DNA of 64,000 nucleotides from Myxococcaceae bacterium (GTDB lineage Bacteria; Myxococcota; Myxococcia; Myxococcales; Myxococcaceae): NCBI GenBank assembly GCA_044223505.1, contig JBGALX010000012.1, positions 154,174 to 218,173 of the forward strand, read 5' to 3'. Shown piece by piece: positions 59,626 to 64,000 of this stretch (position 1 is its first letter; each line of letters starts with the position of its first letter). The notes under the pieces were generated by a model. It saw only the letters and a program-made list of their open reading frames with translations, ran no database searches and was not told where the DNA came from. The position numbers and the translations under genes were made by a program.

Positions 59626-60513
59626 TTAGACCGCGGCCATCGGCACAGGCATCAGCGTGAGCGCGAAGAAGACGAAGCACACGGCGCACACGACCTTGCG
59701 GCTCGGCGAGAGCGGAAGGTCAGGCACTGCGACCTCGGGGTGGCGGAAGCCGACGACGCGGGTGGTGATGACGAGCCAGAGCACCCAGCCCACGCTGTAG
59801 AACAGCGCGAGAAACGCCATCAGCGCGGCGATGACCTTGCCGAGCGCAATGGCGCGCGGGCCGAACCAGGCGTGCGTGAGGTGGCCGCCGTCGAGCTGAC
59901 CGATGGGCATCAGGTTCAGCATGGTGACGAGCATGCCGAACCACGCGCCCAAGATGACGGGCGTCGCCAGAATCTCGCGCTTGCCGACGAGCAGCCGTGC
60001 GAGGGCGAACGAGAGCAGGTTGTCGCCGAACTCGACGCGCTCACCGACCTGCGGAGCCTCTTGCGTCGTCACCCACCGCACCGCGCCGCGCAGCACCGAG
60101 ACGAGCGACATGTCGCCGGGGAAGCTCCACGCGGGCGACGAGACGTCGAGCGTCGTCGCGTGAGCGAGGCCCCAGATGAGCACCGGAATCGCGACGGCGA
60201 GCCCCGCGAGCGGGCCGGCGGCGCCGATGTCGACGAGCGCGTCGCGCGTGGGAATGCGGCCGCGAATGCGAATGACGGCACCGAACGTGCCGAAGCCGAT
60301 CGGCACGGGGATGAAGTAGGGCAGGGACGACTGCACGCCGTGCCGGCGCGCCATCAGGTAGTGCCCCATCTCGTGGGCGCCCAGGATGCTGAGCGTCGTC
60401 GCGGCGAACACGGCGGCCTCCCACGGAGTGCCGTCGTAATAGAAGCGGTAGCACGACCACGTGGTGACGCACGTGCCGAGGAACAGGAACAGGTGAAGCA
60501 GCGCGCGTCTCAA
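59626..60513 (-). CDS. Site-2 protease family (M50) intramembrane metalloprotease.
   Basis: HEMGHYLMARRHG, NLMPIGQLDGGH. Confidence 0.8.
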   Translation of the reverse strand: MRRALLHLFLFLGTCVTTWSCYRFYYDGTPWEAAVFAATTLSILGAHEMGHYLMARRHGVQSSLPYFIPVPIGFGTFGAVIRIRGRIPTRDALVDIGAAGPLAGLAVAIPVLIWGLAHATTLDVSSPAWSFPGDMSLVSVLRGAVRWVTTQEAPQVGERVEFGDNLLSFALARLLVGKREILATPVILGAWFGMLVTMLNLMPIGQLDGGHLTHAWFGPRAIALGKVIAALMAFLALFYSVGWVLWLVITTRVVGFRHPEVAVPDLPLSPSRKVVCAVCFVFFALTLMPVPMAAV

Positions 60514-60776
60514 GGGCTACTTCAGCTCGTACAGCTCCGCGATGCTGATGTGCAGACCCCGCCGTGCGACCGAGTCCACCCGCGGAGCTCGCAGGTCAAG
60601 CAGGCCACGATGTGTTCGTGGAGACGCGTCGGCACTTCCGTGAGCACGAGCTTTCCGTCGATGAGCTCGCGGCGATCGGTTCGTCGCGTTGCCCGACGAC
60701 GATCGCATGGGCTCTGCCGTGAAGCCGTGCGAGCTCGCGAGTGCGCTGCCATCTGCCTGGAAGATACCTCGGCGAC

Positions 60777-62753
60777 TCAGTGCTTGCAGAACTGCGCCGC
60801 CGTCGTCGGCTGCGAGCCCTGCGCGAGGCCCTGCGCCGAGCCCGTGTCCACGAACCGGTGGCTCGTGTAGCTGAACGCCGGCGTGCTCATGTTCGCCTTC
60901 GACTCGACGCAGATGCTGTTGCCCGCGCCTGCCATCGCGCCCATGCCGTCGCGCTGCGGGTCGGCGTGGTGGCTCGGAATCGACTCGACGTCGCACGAGG
61001 TCAGGTTGCCGCCGTTCACGCGCGCGGTCACCGTCGCCACGTTCCAGAAGTCGCCCGACGTGTCCTGCCCGCCCTGGCGCAGCACCGGGAACATCGTCTG
61101 ACCCGTCGCCGGGTTGTAGCCCGCCGACAGCACGCGCTGGCCGTTGCAGTAGATGTTCACGTGCGGCTTCGTCGCCGGCGCTCCGCTGAAGTGGTTCACG
61201 CCGATGACGAACTTGTCGCCGTCGCGCGGGTTGTCGAGGTTGATGTTCTCGGGGCCGCAGAACGCCGTGCCCGTGCTGATGGGGTCGGCCTGCGAGCGGT
61301 CGCACGAGATGTTGTCGCGGTCGAGGCGCGGGTTGTCGCAGTTCGCCAGCGCCGAGCGCTTGCTGCCCCAGCCGTGGCAGGTGTTCGACGCCGACGCCGA
61401 GTAGCCCCAGCCCTGGTCGCCCGAGTCGCAGTTGCGCCAGTAGCAGTCTTGCGCCTCGCCGGTGCACGCCGTGTCCCAGCCCTTCTCGGTGCACGTCGCG
61501 CCCTGCAGCCGCGCGAAGTGCAGGTCGATGTCGGTCATGCCGACGGTGTCCCAGCACAGCTCGGCGCGAACGCCCGGAGCGCGCACCTGTACCTTCTGCG
61601 TGCAGACGTAGTGGCGCATGTTGAGGTCGAACTCGCCCTGAATCAGGTAGTCACCCGAGAGGCCGAACGCGGGGAAGATCTGCCCGCCCATCACCCCGTT
61701 GCCGAAGTTCACCGCCTGCAGCGCGATGACCGGCTCGCCCGCCGCCGCGACGTACTTCTGCGCGGCCGGGTCGAACTTCACCGGCTGCCGGGTCGCGTTG
61801 ATGCGCGAGCCGCCCGCACCCGAGTTCGCCTGGTTGTAGAGCGCGAACGTGGGGAAGGGCAGAACGTTGTCGCAGTCGCCGCCCAGCACCGTCCACGTCC
61901 AGTTCGTCGCCTGCGACCGCTGCGCCACGTCCGTGATCCACTGCGAGCCGTCGATCGGCGGAATCATGTTCGGCGGAGGAAACGGCAAGAGCGTGATCGG
62001 CTGCGTCGGGCACGTCACGCTGTCCGGGCACGCACAGCCCGTCACCGCGCTGTTGCCCTGCAGGCCGTCGCAGTTGAAGTCGCCCGGCGAGCACGTGTCG
62101 CTCGTCGGAGGCCGCGTCGCGCCGCGGCACACGCCGCTCCACGTCGCGAGCTCGCCGCCCGCACAGTCGACGCTGCCCTTCGCGTTCGGGTTGCACCAGC
62201 CCACCGGCTGGCCCGTCTGCGGGTCCGCCTGCGTCGCCGGCACCAGCCAGCAGTCTTTCGTCTGCCCGTTCGCCGGGCACGAGCAGCCCTCGTCGGCCTT
62301 GCCGTCGCAGTCGTCGTCGAAGCCGTTGCCGAGCGTCGCGTTCAGCCAGTTCGACGCCACGCCGCCGGTCATCAGCGCCTGGTCGGTCGTGCCGTCGCAC
62401 TCGTTGTCCGTCGCGGGGGCGCAGCGCCGCCGCAGCGTCGGGTTGCCCGCGTCGATGGGGCCGCAGCCGCCGTCGTAGTTGCCCGCGTCTTCCGGGTCGG
62501 GCTCGATGAGGCTGCCGCCGCCCGTGCCACCGTTACCTGCCTGGCTGCTGCCGCCGCCGGTCGCGCCGCTGCCGCCGCCGGTGCCGTTGTTGCCGCCGGT
62601 GCCGGAGTTGCCCCCGCCCGTGCTGTTGTTGCCGCCCGTGCCGGTGGCGGAGCCGCCACCCGTCGAGCCGATGACCACATCACCGCCGCAGTTGCAGCCG
62701 ATCAGTGAGAGGGAGAGGACCGGGACCCAAAAAACGCGCATGAGGGCGCGCAC
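60777..62753 (-). CDS. Cys-rich lipoprotein with a Gly/Asn/Thr linker and a MopE-like DDDCDG motif.
   Basis: Lipobox LSLIGCNCGG. GFDDDCDGKADEG. More than 40 Cys residues. Confidence 0.65.
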   Translation of the reverse strand: MRALMRVFWVPVLSLSLIGCNCGGDVVIGSTGGGSATGTGGNNSTGGGNSGTGGNNGTGGGSGATGGGSSQAGNGGTGGGSLIEPDPEDAGNYDGGCGPIDAGNPTLRRRCAPATDNECDGTTDQALMTGGVASNWLNATLGNGFDDDCDGKADEGCSCPANGQTKDCWLVPATQADPQTGQPVGWCNPNAKGSVDCAGGELATWSGVCRGATRPPTSDTCSPGDFNCDGLQGNSAVTGCACPDSVTCPTQPITLLPFPPPNMIPPIDGSQWITDVAQRSQATNWTWTVLGGDCDNVLPFPTFALYNQANSGAGGSRINATRQPVKFDPAAQKYVAAAGEPVIALQAVNFGNGVMGGQIFPAFGLSGDYLIQGEFDLNMRHYVCTQKVQVRAPGVRAELCWDTVGMTDIDLHFARLQGATCTEKGWDTACTGEAQDCYWRNCDSGDQGWGYSASASNTCHGWGSKRSALANCDNPRLDRDNISCDRSQADPISTGTAFCGPENINLDNPRDGDKFVIGVNHFSGAPATKPHVNIYCNGQRVLSAGYNPATGQTMFPVLRQGGQDTSGDFWNVATVTARVNGGNLTSCDVESIPSHHADPQRDGMGAMAGAGNSICVESKANMSTPAFSYTSHRFVDTGSAQGLAQGSQPTTAAQFCKH

Positions 62754-63074
62754 CCTACTTCAGCCCTGGCGGTCGATGACAAGTCGCCCTTCCCAGAAAT
62801 CGAGAAGGCCGCTGCTGCGATGACGCGCCGGCGGCCTCGTGCGCCGGGAGCGTCACGGAGCACGAGCTTCGACCGGCCGCGCGCGGCCCCGCCGAACCGT
62901 GCCGAGCACGTCGAGCCTCAGGCCCGGCACGAGCGGCCTTCGTCATCGACCGGGCTGGCGCAAGCGACGTACCCGCGACGACATACGAGGAGCTCCGCGG
63001 CTGAGCCATGCAGCCGGGCCCCGTGGCGCACGTGCTGTCGCAAGCTGACGGGCACGCTCACCGCGCGCCGCGCT

Positions 63075-64000
63075 TCACGTCTTCATCTTCACGCGGTGCT
63101 CTTTGACGTCGGCGACCGGCGCGGTCTTGTGGGCCTGCTGCTCCATGAGGCGCCAGATTTCGTGGCCGAGCACGTCGAGCTCGGTCGAGGTGTAGCGCTC
63201 GCCGAGCTTGCGAATGGTGTCGGTCTGCGCCCGCAGGATGACGGCGTCTTGCGCGAAGATGCGCTCGGCGACCGGCGTGATGAACGGCCGCACGAGCCAG
63301 TTGGGAATCGGCAGCCGGTACGTCACCACCGCCCACACGCGCGTGACGTAGTCGTCGAGCGGCGTCATCGCCGACGTCGTGACGAGGTGGCTCTTCTCGC
63401 CGAGCTGGTACTCGACCTGCGCGATGCTCGGCAGGAGGAAGCGGTCGAAGTGCGTGACGACTCCGCCCTGCGGAGCGAGCAGCCGGCCCGCGAGCCCCTT
63501 CGGCGCCGGCTCGCCCACGTACTCGGCCTCGGCGAGCGACGCCTTGCGCCGGATGATGACCTCGACCTCGTTCTTCTTCTCGGCGGTGCGGAACAGGCCG
63601 CCGTGCAGAAAGGCGGTGTGCGGCACGTCGAGCGCGTTCTCGATGACCGCGTGGAGCGTCGACGTCACCGTGAAGTCGCGGCGCACCGTCGAGTAGCGGG
63701 CGTCGCCCAGGTTCGGGAAGCGGAAGGGCCCCTCGGCGGGCGCCTCGCCCGCGGTCGAGTACACCCAGATGAAGCCGTCGAGCTCGGTCGCCGGGTACGC
63801 CTCGGCCGCCCGCGAGCGGAGCGCCACGTCCTGGTCGGTCACCAGCCCCGGCACCGCCTTGCACGCGCCCGCGCCGTCGAAGCGCCAGCCGTGGTACGGG
63901 CACTCGAGCTCGCCTTGCTTCGTCACGCGGCCGAGCGACAGCGGCACGTTGCGGTGCGGGCAGCGGTCGAGCAGCGCCGCCGGCTTCCCCTCGACCGTGC
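63075..64000 (-). CDS. Rieske [2Fe-2S] non-haem iron oxygenase (PaO/aromatic-ring-hydroxylase alpha-like). The N-terminus lies beyond the window end.
   Basis: CPYHGWRF Rieske box 2. The frame stays open through base 64000. Confidence 0.8.
   Translation of the reverse strand, partial: TVEGKPAALLDRCPHRNVPLSLGRVTKQGELECPYHGWRFDGAGACKAVPGLVTDQDVALRSRAAEAYPATELDGFIWVYSTAGEAPAEGPFRFPNLGDARYSTVRRDFTVTSTLHAVIENALDVPHTAFLHGGLFRTAEKKNEVEVIIRRKASLAEAEYVGEPAPKGLAGRLLAPQGGVVTHFDRFLLPSIAQVEYQLGEKSHLVTTSAMTPLDDYVTRVWAVVTYRLPIPNWLVRPFITPVAERIFAQDAVILRAQTDTIRKLGERYTSTELDVLGHEIWRLMEQQAHKTAPVADVKEHRVKMKT

Noticed and set aside
60741-62708. 655-aa plus-strand ORF.
   Set aside because: Antisense to the Cys-rich lipoprotein gene.
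62700-62720. Partial match to the REP unit (gagagggagagg).
   Set aside because: It lies inside the coding signal peptide of the lipoprotein gene and lacks the flanking CCCTCTCCCC and GGGTGAGGGG arms.

Overview
This is a ~70 % GC segment of bacterial chromosome whose gene content looks myxobacterial: MYXO-CTERM-like and TIGR02996-like motifs, an MglA-type GTPase, and an AgmX/PglI-type C-terminal domain. I support about 54 protein-coding genes. Many of the long ORFs on the six-frame track are Arg-rich antisense artefacts of the GC bias, and I excluded them by codon-position GC and protein plausibility.

Recognisable content:
- **Secreted and lipoprotein genes:** unusually many, most with Gly/Ala/Thr-rich linker repeats.
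- **Signalling:** two sensor histidine kinases, a Ser/Thr kinase, an orphan ECF sigma factor, and an MglA-family GTPase.
- **Metabolism:** a pentose-phosphate/glucose cluster (gnd, glk, pgl, plus doxX).
- **Other:** DinG helicase, an M50 protease, a CPBP protease, a retropepsin-like protease, an anthrax-lethal-factor-like metalloprotease, a YfbK-like vWA protein, and a Rieske oxygenase.

I did not find any rRNA, tRNA, CRISPR array or transposase.

The points most worth a second look:
1. A 4.46-kb ORF carries an internal MYXO-CTERM-type sorting signal followed at once by a new lipoprotein signal peptide. That pattern fits two genes fused by loss of a stop codon.
2. A family of REP-like palindromes (CCCTCTCCCC-N3-TAG-GGAGAGGG...GGGTGAGGGG) has four copies. 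Two are inverted and bracket a ~190-bp MITE-like unit.
3. A perfect 25-bp inverted repeat sits exactly on a gene junction.
4. Diverged ~110-bp direct repeats flank a 2-kb insertion carrying two paralogous Pro-rich genes. The insertion split an ancestral M50-protease / lipoprotein gene junction.
5. An MglA-like GTPase is translationally coupled to a sensor kinase.
6. A signal-peptide protein carries a ~40-residue poly-arginine tract.
7. Three lipoprotein paralogues lie in tandem, divergent from an ECF sigma factor.
8. The 3' flanks of two unrelated kinase genes share a conserved element whose stem pairs only on the transcribed strand.

Every call rests on reading the sequence and on recalled family signatures; no database search was possible.
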